Positions 28,892 to 40,065 of a DNA stretch of 64,000 bases are shown piece after piece. The stretch's first letter is position 1. The number at the start of each line of letters is the position of its first letter. Location: NCBI GenBank assembly GCA_910587725.1, contig CAJUNG010000001.1, positions 1,698 through 65,697 on the forward strand. Reading direction: 5' to 3'. The notes under the pieces were generated by a model. It worked only from the letters and a program-made list of their open reading frames with translations, was not told the origin of the DNA and made no database searches. The position numbers and the translations under genes were made by a program. Source of the stretch: an uncultured Bacilli bacterium (lineage in GTDB: Bacteria > Bacillota_I > Bacilli_A > RF39 > UBA660).

Positions 28892-31852
28892 ATGCTTGCA
28901 CCACTTTATGTACAAACGGTCTATTCGCTACTTTCTAGCTTAATTGCAATAGATGAGTACATAGAATATGCCAAAAATGCCCATCTTTCCTCACTTGTAA
29001 TTTGTGATAACCAAATGTTTGGTACGATGCCATTCATAAAAAAATGTCAAGAAAATGGGATTTGTCCGATTATCGGGTTAGAAATAAAAATGGAAAACCA
29101 TATCGTTTTAGCTTATGCCAAAAATGGACAAGGATACACCTCTTTAATCAAATTATCAACCATTCAGTCAGAAAAAGAAGTAACTAAAGAAAATCTATTA
29201 GAAAATCGAAATGGATTAATTCTAATTCCTCTCGATGATATTGAACTCTATCAAGAATTAAAGGAAACAGGAGAAAATGACCTTTATTTCGGAATGACGA
29301 AAAAATTAGAAGAATCAGTACTAGAAAAAATAGGAACCAAACGAATTGATATCAAAAAAATCAATTATCTAAAAAAAAGAGATAAAGAATACCTTCTTTA
29401 CTTGAAACTAATTAAAGAGGGAAAAACTTTACAGGGGATAAAAGAAGAAAAAAACTTAAGTGAAGAAGAATTGACCTATTGCGTCGAGGATAAAGATATA
29501 CTTGTAGAAGAGGATATTTCTTTAAAAAATCATGAAGAAATCCTATTCTCTTGCCATTTAGATTTACCTAAGGGTGAAAATCTTCTGCCGATTTATCCGA
29601 CAGAAAATCCTCATGAATACTTGACTACACTAAGTAAAAAAGGTCTATCTAAACGACTAGGGGGAGTGATTCCGGAAATTTATGAAAAAAGACTAGCCTA
29701 TGAATTAGCAACAATTGAACGGATGGGATTTTCTAATTATTTTCTAGTTGTATACGATTATATTCGCTATGCTAAGATAAATGGGATTTTAGTAGGCCCT
29801 GGTCGTGGAAGTGCTGTTGGGAGTTTAACTGCTTTTTGTCTAGGGATTACCGATATTGACCCAATTAAATACGACCTTTTATTTGAACGTTTTTTAAATC
29901 CAGAAAGAATTACCATGCCCGATATTGATACCGATTTTCCGGATATCTATCGTGACCAAGTCATCGATTATGTCAAAGAAAAATATGGAGAGAATCGAGT
30001 TTGTGGAATTGTGACCTTTGGTACTCTTGCCGCGAAACAAGCGATTCGTGATGTCTCTCGTATTTTAAATATTCCTACCTTTAAGGTCGATGCTATTACC
30101 AAAAGAATTCCTACCGTGACCAAATGGAAATTAAAAGATTTCTATGAACAAGATACAATATTAAAAGAGATGATTGATGAGGATAAAGACTTAGTAATGA
30201 TGTACAAAATTGCGAGCCGAATTGAAGGCTTTCCAAGGCATACCTCATCCCATGCCTCAGGAATCGTGATGAGCCGGATAGACTTAAATGAAGTAATTCC
30301 CCTAACAAGAAATGAAGATTTATATTTAACTGGATATACGATGGAGTATTTAGAAGAGTTAGGACTTTTAAAAATGGATTTTTTAGGACTTAAAAACTTA
30401 ACTACCATTATGAACATTATGAAAAATATTGAAGAAGGAGAGGGGAAAAAAATTTCCTTTCAGGCAATTCCTCTAGAGGATGAGATAACGATGAAATTGT
30501 TTCAAAAAGCAGATACGACGGGGATTTTTCAGTTTGAAAGTGCAGGAATGCGTGCCTTTTTAAGAAATTTACATCCAAATACCTTTGAAGATATTTTCTC
30601 TGCTATTGCACTTTTTCGACCGGGACCTGCTTCTAATATCGATGCTTTTATTCGCAGAAAAGAAGGACAAGAAGAAGTCACCTATTTGGATAAATCGCTA
30701 GAGCCAATTTTAAAAAACACCTATGGAATTATCGTATATCAAGAACAAATTATGCAAGTATCTCAAGTGTTTGCCGGATATACTCTAGGGGAAGCAGATA
30801 TCCTAAGACGCGCCATGAGTAAGAAAAAACAAGAGATTTTACAAAAAGAAGAAGCAAGATTTTTAAAACGAAGTATCGAAAGAGGACATAGTCAAGAAGT
30901 AAGCAAAGAAGTTTACGATTTGATTTTAAACTTTGCCAATTATGGATTTAACCGTTCTCACTCGGTTGCTTATTCCATCATTGCCTTCAAAATGGCTTTT
31001 CTAAAGGCAAGATTTCCCAAATATTTTTATGCAAGCCTTTTAACTAGTGTCATTGGTGTAGAGGCAAAAACGAGAGAATACATTCAAGAAATTAGAGGAA
31101 AAGGAATTGCGATTTTAAAACCAGATATCAATATGAGTGAAGAATATTATAAAACGGAAGAGGCAGGGATTCGTTTTCCTTTATCGAGCATTAAAAATAT
31201 AGGTGTTGCTTCTTGTAAAGATATCATTGAAAAAAGAAAAGATGGACCTTATCAAGATATTTTTGACTTTTTAAGCCGAATTACACCAAGGATTATTAAT
31301 AAAAAAGTATTAGAGTCCTTAATTGATGCCGATTGCTTTCAAAACTTTGGCTATAACCATCAAACCTTATATAAAAATTTAGATGCCCTAATGAACTACG
31401 CCTCATTAACCAAAGAATTAGAAGAGGAATTCGTATTAAAACCGGAAATCGTGGTAGAAGAGGAATTTGAAAAAGAAATTTTACTTGCCAAAGAAAAAGA
31501 ATTATTTGGTCTTTACTTAACCCATCATCCCGTAACCGAATATAAAGCAAAAGAAAATAATCAAATTTCGTTAGAAGCAATTGCCACTTTCTTTAATCAA
31601 AAGATTACCATTTTAGTTCTTGTAGAAAAAGTGAAAAAAGTCATGACAAAAAAACAAGAAGAGATGGCATTTGTCAGTGTATCCGATGAAAGTGATACTT
31701 TAGAAGTCATTGTATTTCCTAAATTATTAAGAGAAAAACCATTAAGGGTAGGAAATATCATCAAAGTATATGGAAGAATTGAAAAAAGATATGATAGTTA
31801 CCAAATTCTTGCAGATACGATAGAAATATTAAATGAAAAATCAAAAAAATAA
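28892..31852 (+). CDS. dnaE: DNA polymerase III alpha subunit DnaE (short Firmicutes type)
   Basis: PHP domain plus the pol-III alpha core (GRGSAVGSLTAFCLGITDIDPIKYDLLFERFLNPERITMPDIDTDF). ATG at 28892 with an AAAGGAGG RBS; the track start 28865 is also possible. Confidence 0.9.
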   Translation: MLAPLYVQTVYSLLSSLIAIDEYIEYAKNAHLSSLVICDNQMFGTMPFIKKCQENGICPIIGLEIKMENHIVLAYAKNGQGYTSLIKLSTIQSEKEVTKENLLENRNGLILIPLDDIELYQELKETGENDLYFGMTKKLEESVLEKIGTKRIDIKKINYLKKRDKEYLLYLKLIKEGKTLQGIKEEKNLSEEELTYCVEDKDILVEEDISLKNHEEILFSCHLDLPKGENLLPIYPTENPHEYLTTLSKKGLSKRLGGVIPEIYEKRLAYELATIERMGFSNYFLVVYDYIRYAKINGILVGPGRGSAVGSLTAFCLGITDIDPIKYDLLFERFLNPERITMPDIDTDFPDIYRDQVIDYVKEKYGENRVCGIVTFGTLAAKQAIRDVSRILNIPTFKVDAITKRIPTVTKWKLKDFYEQDTILKEMIDEDKDLVMMYKIASRIEGFPRHTSSHASGIVMSRIDLNEVIPLTRNEDLYLTGYTMEYLEELGLLKMDFLGLKNLTTIMNIMKNIEEGEGKKISFQAIPLEDEITMKLFQKADTTGIFQFESAGMRAFLRNLHPNTFEDIFSAIALFRPGPASNIDAFIRRKEGQEEVTYLDKSLEPILKNTYGIIVYQEQIMQVSQVFAGYTLGEADILRRAMSKKKQEILQKEEARFLKRSIERGHSQEVSKEVYDLILNFANYGFNRSHSVAYSIIAFKMAFLKARFPKYFYASLLTSVIGVEAKTREYIQEIRGKGIAILKPDINMSEEYYKTEEAGIRFPLSSIKNIGVASCKDIIEKRKDGPYQDIFDFLSRITPRIINKKVLESLIDADCFQNFGYNHQTLYKNLDALMNYASLTKELEEEFVLKPEIVVEEEFEKEILLAKEKELFGLYLTHHPVTEYKAKENNQISLEAIATFFNQKITILVLVEKVKKVMTKKQEEMAFVSVSDESDTLEVIVFPKLLREKPLRVGNIIKVYGRIEKRYDSYQILADTIEILNEKSKK

Positions 31853-31903
31853 GGAAATATTGAAAGCAGTATGTTATACTAATAAAAAGAATGGAGGGAG
31901 TTT

Positions 31904-32716
31904 ATGAAAATCACATTTTTACAAAATAATGATTTACTCATCTGGAGTTTACTTTACGGTTCATCCATTTCCATTAAGGTGCATACCCTAAAGCAAAAAT
32001 TATGGGTAACTTATAAAAAAGAATACCAAACAATGAAGAAAGATAAAGATGAAATTTTAAAAGATGTGAAAAATTTTATTCCCGATGATAATACATTATA
32101 TGATTTGTTGCAAGATACAAAAGTGTTTGAACGATTATCGAAAGATACAGAAAAGCATCGAATCAAGTTAATCAAGAGTTGGGATACCTATAAAAAAGAC
32201 ATCAATCGGGAACTGAACAAAATATTGAAAATTTCTCTTCCTGATTTAAAAGTCATTACTTTGCATCCCGCAATGGACCAAATGTTATCTTCTGAAAATA
32301 TTCCTAATATTGGTTGGGGAAAAAAGAAAGATTTAGAAAATCCATTATTGACGATTCTATCCATCATTTCTACAGCATACTTACAAACTTTATCGATAGA
32401 GGAAGAGGAAAAGAAAAAAATTGCCCTCGCCATTTTAGAACTTGCCATCAAAGATGAATGTTATATAAGAATTACCGGGCAAAAAGCAGGTTGTGAAAAT
32501 CGAGAATTGATGGTGATGAAACAAAAAATTTATCCTTACTTTTTAATGTACTTAGGGTATAGTTTAGAAGAAGTAGAAACAATGGTAAGAGGGCGAATTC
32601 CTTCATTAAATAATGATAATTTAAAGGAGTTCACCATTGTAGAATTTATTGATTACATGACAGATTTAATCAATGAAAGTAGAGAAATAAAAAGGGAAAC
32701 GGTAGAAATATTATAA
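31904..32716 (+). CDS. hypothetical protein between dnaE and polC
   Basis: A 270-aa ORF with no motif recognised. The true start is possibly internal. Confidence 0.4.
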   Translation: MKITFLQNNDLLIWSLLYGSSISIKVHTLKQKLWVTYKKEYQTMKKDKDEILKDVKNFIPDDNTLYDLLQDTKVFERLSKDTEKHRIKLIKSWDTYKKDINRELNKILKISLPDLKVITLHPAMDQMLSSENIPNIGWGKKKDLENPLLTILSIISTAYLQTLSIEEEEKKKIALAILELAIKDECYIRITGQKAGCENRELMVMKQKIYPYFLMYLGYSLEEVETMVRGRIPSLNNDNLKEFTIVEFIDYMTDLINESREIKRETVEIL

Positions 32717-32759
32717 GTAAATAAAACAGGAAATAAATACAAAAGGTCGGGTGGTTTTT

Positions 32760-35700
32760 ATGGAAAAAATAGAAATTCTTTTCAAGCAAATGCAATTAGA
32801 AGAGAAAGAGCAAATGCGTTTTTCTTCATTGCAGTTAGAAGAAGTAGAAGTCGATGTCAAAAATGAAATGTGGAATTTCAAACTAACCAATCACCAGATT
32901 CTTCCTTTTCAAGATTATTTGTTCTTTAAAGAAAAACTAGAGTCTGCCTTTCAAAAGATTAAAGAGGTATCCTTTGAACTAAGAGTAAGCGAAGAAATTA
33001 ATCATGAAACTTTAAAAGAATATTATGACTACTTTTTAGAAAGAATTAAAGAATCTTGGCCTTTAGCAGGTAATTTTAGCGACTCTTTCACATTATTCGA
33101 AGGAAAATCAGGAATCGAAGTAGAAAATTTTGCCGAAAAAAGGCAGGCAGAAGAATTGCTAAGAAAACTTCAACCGTATCTTTTTTCTGTAGGGTTAAAA
33201 ACGCCATTAGAAATTGTAGTAAATGAAGAAAAAAGAGATAAGATTAAAGAAGAACTAGAAGAGGAAATCAAAAAAGTAGAATCTATTGAAGCTACCCGTA
33301 TCGAAGAAAAAAAGGAGACGAAAGTAGAAATCCCTTCGGCGAAATATCCAAAGGGAAATGGTGGATTTCGAAGAAAAGAATCCCCTTTAGAAGAAGGAAG
33401 TATTCTAGGTAGAATCATTAATGATACGGCGATGCAAATTAAAAATATTGTCGGAGAAGAAAACGATATTACGATTGAAGGTTATGTTTTCGGTACAGAA
33501 TACTTTGAATCAAGTAAAAGTGATTTTAAAATTATCACCCTGAAAGTAACGGATTATTCGGATAGCATCTATGTGAAAGTATTTACCAAAAACGAAGAGG
33601 ATTATAAGCGATTAGTAAAGTCTTTAAAACCGGGAGGATGGTTTAAAATCAGAGGATATTCCAAAATGGACCACTATGCCGGAGATGAACTTGTATTAAA
33701 TGCTAGGGATATCAATGCAGTGTTAAAAGAACAAGAAAAACGAGAAGATAATTGTGAGAAAAAACGAGTAGAGCTACATGCACATACCAAAATGAGTCAA
33801 ATGGATGGCGTAATGAATGAAGAGGAGTATATCAAACAAGCCATTGCTTTTGGACATAAAGGGGCAGCAATCACTGACCATAATGGATGCCAGGCCTTTC
33901 CTCATGTATTTAACTATGTAAGAGGATACAACAAAGGGAAATCAGAAGAAGAGAAATTTACGGCAATTTATGGAACCGAGCTTACGATGATTGATGATAC
34001 CGTCGATATTATCATTCGTGGAACGGATGATTCTCTATTAGATTCTACTTATGTAGTATTTGACTTTGAAACCACAGGATTTAATGCCGGTGGAGAAGAC
34101 TCAATTATTGAAATTGGTGCGGTCAAAATGCAAGGAGGAGAAATCCTAGAAACTTATGATGAGTTAATTGACCCAGGACGTCCACTACCTCCAAAAATTA
34201 CGGAAATTACCAATATTACTGATGAAATGTTAAAAGGAAAAGATAACGAAGAAAATGCGATAAAGCGTTTTATTGCTTGGTTTAAGGACTATCCAATGGT
34301 TGCCCATAATGCGAAGTTTGATTGTTCTTTCTTAGAAATGGCATATCAAAAGTATAATTTAGGAACATTTGAAAATCCCGTTTTAGATACACTAGAATTA
34401 TCTAGGACGATGGATACTTCCTATGGTCGTCACAGCCTTTCAGCACTAGTGAAAAGATACAATGTAGAATTTGATGAAGACGCACATCACCGTGCAGATT
34501 ATGATGCCAAAGGTACCGCCCTTGTTTTATTTAAGATGCTAAAGAAATTAAACGACAATAACTATGAAACTTTAAACGATTTACAAAAGCTAGTATCTAA
34601 AGATGAAATTCATAAATTTGGTACTAGTTACCATATTAATGTCTTAGCCAAAAATCAGACAGGATTAAAAAATATGTTCAAAATGATTTCTCTTGCCAAT
34701 ACAAAATATCTATATAAGACTCCAAGGATTTTAAGAAGTGAAGTCGATAGATTAAGAGAGGGATTATTCATTGGAAGTAGTTGCTATGAAAGTGAAGTGT
34801 TCCATCAAGCAAGAACAAAATCGGAAGAGGAATTAACGAATACGATTAACTTTTATGACTACGTTGAGGTTCAACCACCAGAGGTATATGACCACTTAGT
34901 ACAAAGTGGGGACTTTCAGTCAAAAAATGAACTTTTAGAGAATATAAAAAAGATAGTAGATACGACGATTAGTGCCGGAAAATTAATTGTAGCAACAGGG
35001 GATGTTCATCATTTAAATGAGGAAGACAAAATTTATCGTGAAATCATTATCAATCAAAAGGTTCCTGGTGGAGGAAGACATCCTTTGAATCGAAAAAATA
35101 TTACGAATATTCCTTCTCAACACTTTAGAACAACGGATGAAATGCTTAGAGATTTTTCCTTTTTAGGAGAGGAGACTGCAAATTTAATCGTTGTTGAAAA
35201 TACCGAAAAAATTAGAAAGCAGATAGAAGATATCGAAGTAATTATCGATACTGGAGGAATTCCTTTCTCTCCAAAGATTGATAAAAGTGTAGAAACGGTA
35301 ACAGAACTTGTCTTTGGAAAAGCATCCTCTCTATACGGAGACCCACTTCCGTTCAACATCGAAGAAAGAATTTCCAAAGAGCTTTATGGTGATGGGGTAT
35401 TAGAAGCCATCTCATCGGCAATCAAGGAAGAATTAAAAGAAAATGATGAAAATTTAGAGAAAGAAATATTTTCGCGACTACATCAAACTTTACTTGCAGG
35501 ATTTGATGCGGTAAAGGAGGTAATAAAAAAACATCTTATAAAAACCGAGGAAGAATTTTCTGGATTAGAGGAAAAAGAACAAGAGAAGAAAATCAAGAAA
35601 AAGCTTGGTGGCGTCATTGGTGGGGGATTCGATGTGATTTATTTGATTGCCCAAAAACTAGTAAAACATTCGAATGATGATGGTTATTTGGTAGGGTCTC

Positions 35701-37406
35701 GTGGTTCTGTTGGGTCAAGCTTTGTTGCTACGATGATGGGAATTACTGAGGTAAATCCACTTCCTGCACATTATCTTTGTCGAAATCCTGATTGTAAATA
35801 TTCAGAGTTTGCGGAAGAAAATGGAGAAGCTTATGGAAAAGAGTATTCTAGTGGTTATGATTTACCGAATAAAGCCTGTCCAAAATGTGGTAGGCCTTTA
35901 GGAAAAGAAGGACAGGATATGCCGTTTGCAACCTTCCTTGGATTCAATGCAGATAAGGTTCCCGATATTGATTTAAACTTTTCTGGAGATTATCAATGGA
36001 AAGCCCATGAGTATACAAAAGTATTGTTCGGTGTTGATAATGTCTATCGTGCAGGAACGATAGGAACCGTTGCCGATAAAACTGCATTTGGGTTTACTAG
36101 AGGTTATTTCGAGAATAAGGGAATCGAAAATGTGAGAACTGCCGAAATTGAGCGACTTGCTATCGGTTGTACAGGGGTTAAAAGAACAACGGGACAACAT
36201 CCTGGAGGAATTGTTGTTATTCCTGGATATATGGATGTATTTGATTTTACTCCTTTTCAATTTCCCGCAGATGATAACACTTCTCTTTGGAGAACGACAC
36301 ACTTTGATTATCATGCAATCGATCAAGATGTGTTAAAACTAGATATACTAGGACACGATGATCCGACGGTGCTTCGAATGCTTCAGGATTTAAGTGGAAT
36401 TGATGTAACAACACTTCCTTTTGATGATGAGCTAGTGATGGGATTACTGAGTTCACCAAAAAGTTTAGGAGTGACGGAAGAACAAATTAAATGTCCGACA
36501 GGAACCTTAGGAATTCCCGAGCTAGGAACTAAGTTTGTAATTAACATGTTAGTGGAGACACGGCCAAAAACGTTTGGAGAATTGGTTAAAATTTCCGGAC
36601 TTTCTCATGGTACGGATGTATGGGCAGGAAATGCTAGTGAACTAATTGCCAATAATATTTGTCCGTTCAAAGAAGTTATTGGATGTCGTGATGATATTAT
36701 GGTAAATTTAATGAATTGGGGAATGAAACCAATTCGTGCATTTAAGATTATGGAGCATGTAAGAAAAGGAAAAGCAACAAAAGACCCAGAAACGTGGGCA
36801 GGTATGGTAGAAGAGATGAAGGCAGCAAATGTTCCCGATTGGTATATCGAATCTTGTAGAAAAATTAAATACATGTTCCCTAAAGCTCATGCTTGTGCTT
36901 ATGTTATGTCGGCACTTCGTATTGCCTGGTTTAAAGTACATAAACCAATTTATTATTATGCTGCATTCTTTTCTGTTCGGATTAGTGATTTTGATATTGA
37001 GACAATGGTCAAAGGGTATGATGCGATAAAGAAGAAACTAGAGGATTTAGAATTAAAAGGATATGATGTGTCGAATAAAGAAGCAAATATTATCGAAACT
37101 TTAAAGATTGCTTTAGAAGCAACGGCTAGAGGAATTCGCTTTATGAATGTCGATGTGGAAAAAAGTGATGCTAAAAACTTCTTATTAGCTGGTGATGAAT
37201 ATACTTTAATTCCGCCATTTAGAACAATCGATGGATTAGGGGATACAGTTGCCGCTAATATTGTCGAAGAACGACAGAAAAAAACGTTTATCAGTATTGA
37301 TGATTTACAAAAACGCGGAAAGATTTCGGCAACATTAATCGATAAGATGCGTCTTATGGGGATTTTAGAAAACTTACCGGAATCTAACCAAATGACCTTA
37401 TTTTAG
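32760..37406 (+). CDS. polC: PolC-type DNA polymerase III (with 3'-5' exonuclease domain)
   Basis: Exo motif VVFDFETTGF within the DnaQ-like domain, a PHP domain, zinc finger CxxC...CPKCG, and the pol-III alpha core. Confidence 0.95.
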   Translation: MEKIEILFKQMQLEEKEQMRFSSLQLEEVEVDVKNEMWNFKLTNHQILPFQDYLFFKEKLESAFQKIKEVSFELRVSEEINHETLKEYYDYFLERIKESWPLAGNFSDSFTLFEGKSGIEVENFAEKRQAEELLRKLQPYLFSVGLKTPLEIVVNEEKRDKIKEELEEEIKKVESIEATRIEEKKETKVEIPSAKYPKGNGGFRRKESPLEEGSILGRIINDTAMQIKNIVGEENDITIEGYVFGTEYFESSKSDFKIITLKVTDYSDSIYVKVFTKNEEDYKRLVKSLKPGGWFKIRGYSKMDHYAGDELVLNARDINAVLKEQEKREDNCEKKRVELHAHTKMSQMDGVMNEEEYIKQAIAFGHKGAAITDHNGCQAFPHVFNYVRGYNKGKSEEEKFTAIYGTELTMIDDTVDIIIRGTDDSLLDSTYVVFDFETTGFNAGGEDSIIEIGAVKMQGGEILETYDELIDPGRPLPPKITEITNITDEMLKGKDNEENAIKRFIAWFKDYPMVAHNAKFDCSFLEMAYQKYNLGTFENPVLDTLELSRTMDTSYGRHSLSALVKRYNVEFDEDAHHRADYDAKGTALVLFKMLKKLNDNNYETLNDLQKLVSKDEIHKFGTSYHINVLAKNQTGLKNMFKMISLANTKYLYKTPRILRSEVDRLREGLFIGSSCYESEVFHQARTKSEEELTNTINFYDYVEVQPPEVYDHLVQSGDFQSKNELLENIKKIVDTTISAGKLIVATGDVHHLNEEDKIYREIIINQKVPGGGRHPLNRKNITNIPSQHFRTTDEMLRDFSFLGEETANLIVVENTEKIRKQIEDIEVIIDTGGIPFSPKIDKSVETVTELVFGKASSLYGDPLPFNIEERISKELYGDGVLEAISSAIKEELKENDENLEKEIFSRLHQTLLAGFDAVKEVIKKHLIKTEEEFSGLEEKEQEKKIKKKLGGVIGGGFDVIYLIAQKLVKHSNDDGYLVGSRGSVGSSFVATMMGITEVNPLPAHYLCRNPDCKYSEFAEENGEAYGKEYSSGYDLPNKACPKCGRPLGKEGQDMPFATFLGFNADKVPDIDLNFSGDYQWKAHEYTKVLFGVDNVYRAGTIGTVADKTAFGFTRGYFENKGIENVRTAEIERLAIGCTGVKRTTGQHPGGIVVIPGYMDVFDFTPFQFPADDNTSLWRTTHFDYHAIDQDVLKLDILGHDDPTVLRMLQDLSGIDVTTLPFDDELVMGLLSSPKSLGVTEEQIKCPTGTLGIPELGTKFVINMLVETRPKTFGELVKISGLSHGTDVWAGNASELIANNICPFKEVIGCRDDIMVNLMNWGMKPIRAFKIMEHVRKGKATKDPETWAGMVEEMKAANVPDWYIESCRKIKYMFPKAHACAYVMSALRIAWFKVHKPIYYYAAFFSVRISDFDIETMVKGYDAIKKKLEDLELKGYDVSNKEANIIETLKIALEATARGIRFMNVDVEKSDAKNFLLAGDEYTLIPPFRTIDGLGDTVAANIVEERQKKTFISIDDLQKRGKISATLIDKMRLMGILENLPESNQMTLF

Positions 37407-37408
37407 AA

Positions 37409-37433
37409 GCTACAAAATTGTGGCTTTTTTTGA
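37409..37433 (+). terminator. rho-independent terminator after polC
   Basis: Hairpin AGCTACA / TGTGGCT with one G-U pair, followed by T7. Confidence 0.55.
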
Positions 37434-37474
37434 TAAAATTTATGTTTTTGGATATGCTATTAAAGGTGATAGAA

Positions 37475-38416
37475 TTGAAAATTCGATTGGGATATGCCTG
37501 TATTAGCAGGACACTTGAAAATATAACTTCGTCACATAGCTATACTTATACAAGATTTAAAGAAGAGGAAAATTATGAAAAATTAGACCAAATCATTCGT
37601 AAAAATTTTGAGGATTTAGAAAAATTAATCGAGTACAATCATAAGAATGAAATTCATTTTTTTAGAATGAGTCCTAAAGTGATTCCGCTTGCGACAAAGG
37701 TTGAAGTGGATTTTGAGTATATAGCGCCTTATAGGGAAATGATGGAAAATATTGGAGGGAAAATAAAGCAATATAAAATGCGTGTTGATTTGCATCCGGA
37801 TCAGTTTTGTGTTCTAAATAGCGTCAAACAAGATGTGATAGAAAGTACGATGAGAATTTTACATTATAATTATGAATTACTAGATAGTTTAAAAATCCAA
37901 GATAAGGTAATCATATTACATGTGGGTGGTAATGCATTTGGTAAAGATAAGTCTTTAAGTAGGTTTGCCAATCAATTTATGAAATTACCAAAGGAAGTGA
38001 GAGATGCCATTGTGGTGGAGAATGATGATAAAATTTTTAATATTATAGATTGTTTAGATTTAAGTAAGAAGATTGGGGCGCCAGTTGTGCTAGATTATCA
38101 TCATTATAGATGCAATCGGGGAGATATAGAGCTAGAAAATTATATAGACCAGATTTTTGATACTTGGCAGGGAAGGGTTCCAAAGGTTCATTTTTCTTCT
38201 CCGAAAAATGCAACAAAAAAGGATTTTAGGAGTCATCATGAATATATTGACGTTGATGAATTTATTGATTTTATTGAAATGATGAAGAAAAAGAATCGAG
38301 ATTTTGATATTATGATTGAAGCAAAAGCAAAGGATGAGGCATTGTTTCGCCTGGTAAGATTGTTGAAATGGAAGACAGATTATCGGTTTATTGATGGTAC
38401 TACTTTTACTGTATAA
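37475..38416 (+). CDS. uvsE: UV damage endonuclease UvsE (UVDE)
   Basis: MKIRLGYACIS... matches the conserved UvdE N-terminus. A TTG at 37475 has an AAAGGTGA RBS; the alternative ATG at 37454 has none. The track start 37418 lies inside the terminator. Confidence 0.75.
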   Translation: MKIRLGYACISRTLENITSSHSYTYTRFKEEENYEKLDQIIRKNFEDLEKLIEYNHKNEIHFFRMSPKVIPLATKVEVDFEYIAPYREMMENIGGKIKQYKMRVDLHPDQFCVLNSVKQDVIESTMRILHYNYELLDSLKIQDKVIILHVGGNAFGKDKSLSRFANQFMKLPKEVRDAIVVENDDKIFNIIDCLDLSKKIGAPVVLDYHHYRCNRGDIELENYIDQIFDTWQGRVPKVHFSSPKNATKKDFRSHHEYIDVDEFIDFIEMMKKKNRDFDIMIEAKAKDEALFRLVRLLKWKTDYRFIDGTTFTV

Positions 38417-38508
38417 ATGAGAGGTTTTTCAAAAAAAGTGCTTGACTTTATATGGGTTTTGCTGTAATATTATAAGTACGTGAATGGGGAATACTCATTT
38501 ACATCCTT

Positions 38509-38600
38509 GGAGACATACTCAAGTTGGCTGAAGAGGCGCCCCTGCTAAGGGTGTAGGTTGGGTAACTGACGCGAGGGTTCAAATCCCTCTGTCTCCGCCA
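38509..38600 (+). tRNA. tRNA-Ser (anticodon GCT), type II
   Basis: GGAGACATACTCAAGTTGGCTGAAGAGGCGCCCCTGCTAAGGGTG...GGTTCAAATCCCTCTGTCTCCGCCA. It is 92 nt with a long variable arm. Confidence 0.85.
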
Positions 38601-38720
38601 TATGGATTTGAACCAGTAAAACTCCAAATTAAAAAAAAATTCAAAATATACTTGACTTTAGCAAAATTTAAGTATAAAATATTATCTGTACTCATGTTTA
38701 GAGTAAATAAAAATTATATG

Positions 38721-38794
38721 CGGACGTAGTTTAATGGTAGAACCTCAGCCTTCCAAGCTGACTACGTGGGTCCGATTCCCATCGTCCGCTCCAA
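38721..38794 (+). tRNA. tRNA-Gly (anticodon TCC)
   Basis: GCGGACGTAGTTTAATGGTAGAACCTCAGCCTTCCAAGCTGACTACGTGGGTCCGATTCCCATCGTCCGCTCCA. The anticodon loop is CTTCCAA. Confidence 0.85.
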
Positions 38795-38803
38795 TAGTTA
38801 GTT

Positions 38804-38836
38804 AACCCTTGTTTATCAAGGGTTTTAATTTTTTTA
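38804..38836 (+). terminator. terminator after the tRNA-Ser/Gly cluster
   Basis: AACCCTTG-TTTATC-CAAGGGTT followed by a T-run. Confidence 0.5.
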
Positions 38837-38860
38837 GGTACTATTTAGGTACTGTTTTTT

Positions 38861-40012
38861 TTATAGATTGTCTAACAAGTCTACTATTTCATCTTGAATG
38901 GTTGGGAAAAGATGCAAATAAACTTTTTGCATCACAGGAATACTATGACCCATACGCTCACTCATCATCAGAAAGAATCTTGTTGTATCTATTTTAGTGT
39001 TTTTTCCTCGGCTTGCCTTAACATATTCATTAATTAATAAAGATACATGAGAGTGTCTAAACTCGTGCATAGTGATTCTAGGAATACCAGATAGTGCAAA
39101 AGCAGTATCCTTAGCACGGTCTATACTCACATTAGGCAAATACATAGTATTCCCGAAAACATACCAATCTTCACTAAAATCGTGATACTGTGAAATTAGT
39201 TTTTTGTATTCTAAAAGTTTATCATAAAGCAATGAACTCATTTTGATATTTCTATTTAATGAATTTTTTGTATTATTAACAACGACATCTTCCTTAGTCA
39301 TACCTTTTATTTTTGAATAGAGTGTTTTATTGATATGTATAACTTTCTCAGTAAAATCAATATCCGTCCATTTTAAAGCAACGATTTCACCTTTTCTACA
39401 CCCTGTATAGTACGCAAAATAGAAAAACATTTTCCACATATCACCCTCAACACAATCAATGAATTTATTGAATTGTTCCAAAGTAATATATCTCAATTTC
39501 TCACTATCGGCAACAACTTCATCTTGCTTTCTTTGAAATCTTCCTGCACGCTTTAATAGATTTTCAGGAATTCCATAATTGGCAATTGCAAAATCAAGGA
39601 TTCCAGATAACGTAACATATAGCTTGTTACAATATTCCAAACTATATCCTTTTTTTTCAATTTCTTCCTTCCAATTATTTAAGACATTGATAGTTATCTC
39701 ATCTATCATAAATGTTTCTAGATATGGTTTAACATGATTATTATAATCCCTAACACGGGTATCATAAGTTGATGCCTTTTTATTTTTTCTTAAGTTTTCA
39801 AGGTAATCGTTAGCAACTAAAATAAATGGTTTTTTTAATGGATTATCCCTTTTCAGAAGAAATAACGCTTCTGCTTCTTTTGCTTCTTGCTTAGTTGCGT
39901 ATTTCTTTGACTTATATTCTTTTGACTTACCGTTGAAGTCTTTTTTATAAGTTTTAAAGTACCATTTTCTCCCGTCTTTCGTTTGATTTTTTTCATCTTT
40001 ATAAATCGCCAT
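38861..40012 (-). CDS. int: tyrosine-type site-specific integrase (phage integrase)
   Basis: C-terminal catalytic R...HxxR...Y region (ITMHEFRHSHVSLL ... GHSIPVMQKVYLHL), with an N-terminal SAM-like domain. Confidence 0.9.
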   Translation of the reverse strand: MAIYKDEKNQTKDGRKWYFKTYKKDFNGKSKEYKSKKYATKQEAKEAEALFLLKRDNPLKKPFILVANDYLENLRKNKKASTYDTRVRDYNNHVKPYLETFMIDEITINVLNNWKEEIEKKGYSLEYCNKLYVTLSGILDFAIANYGIPENLLKRAGRFQRKQDEVVADSEKLRYITLEQFNKFIDCVEGDMWKMFFYFAYYTGCRKGEIVALKWTDIDFTEKVIHINKTLYSKIKGMTKEDVVVNNTKNSLNRNIKMSSLLYDKLLEYKKLISQYHDFSEDWYVFGNTMYLPNVSIDRAKDTAFALSGIPRITMHEFRHSHVSLLINEYVKASRGKNTKIDTTRFFLMMSERMGHSIPVMQKVYLHLFPTIQDEIVDLLDNL

Positions 40013-40065
40013 AAAATTTACTCTCCTTATTGACTTTATAGTCTAAAATTTTGTATAATGAGAGT

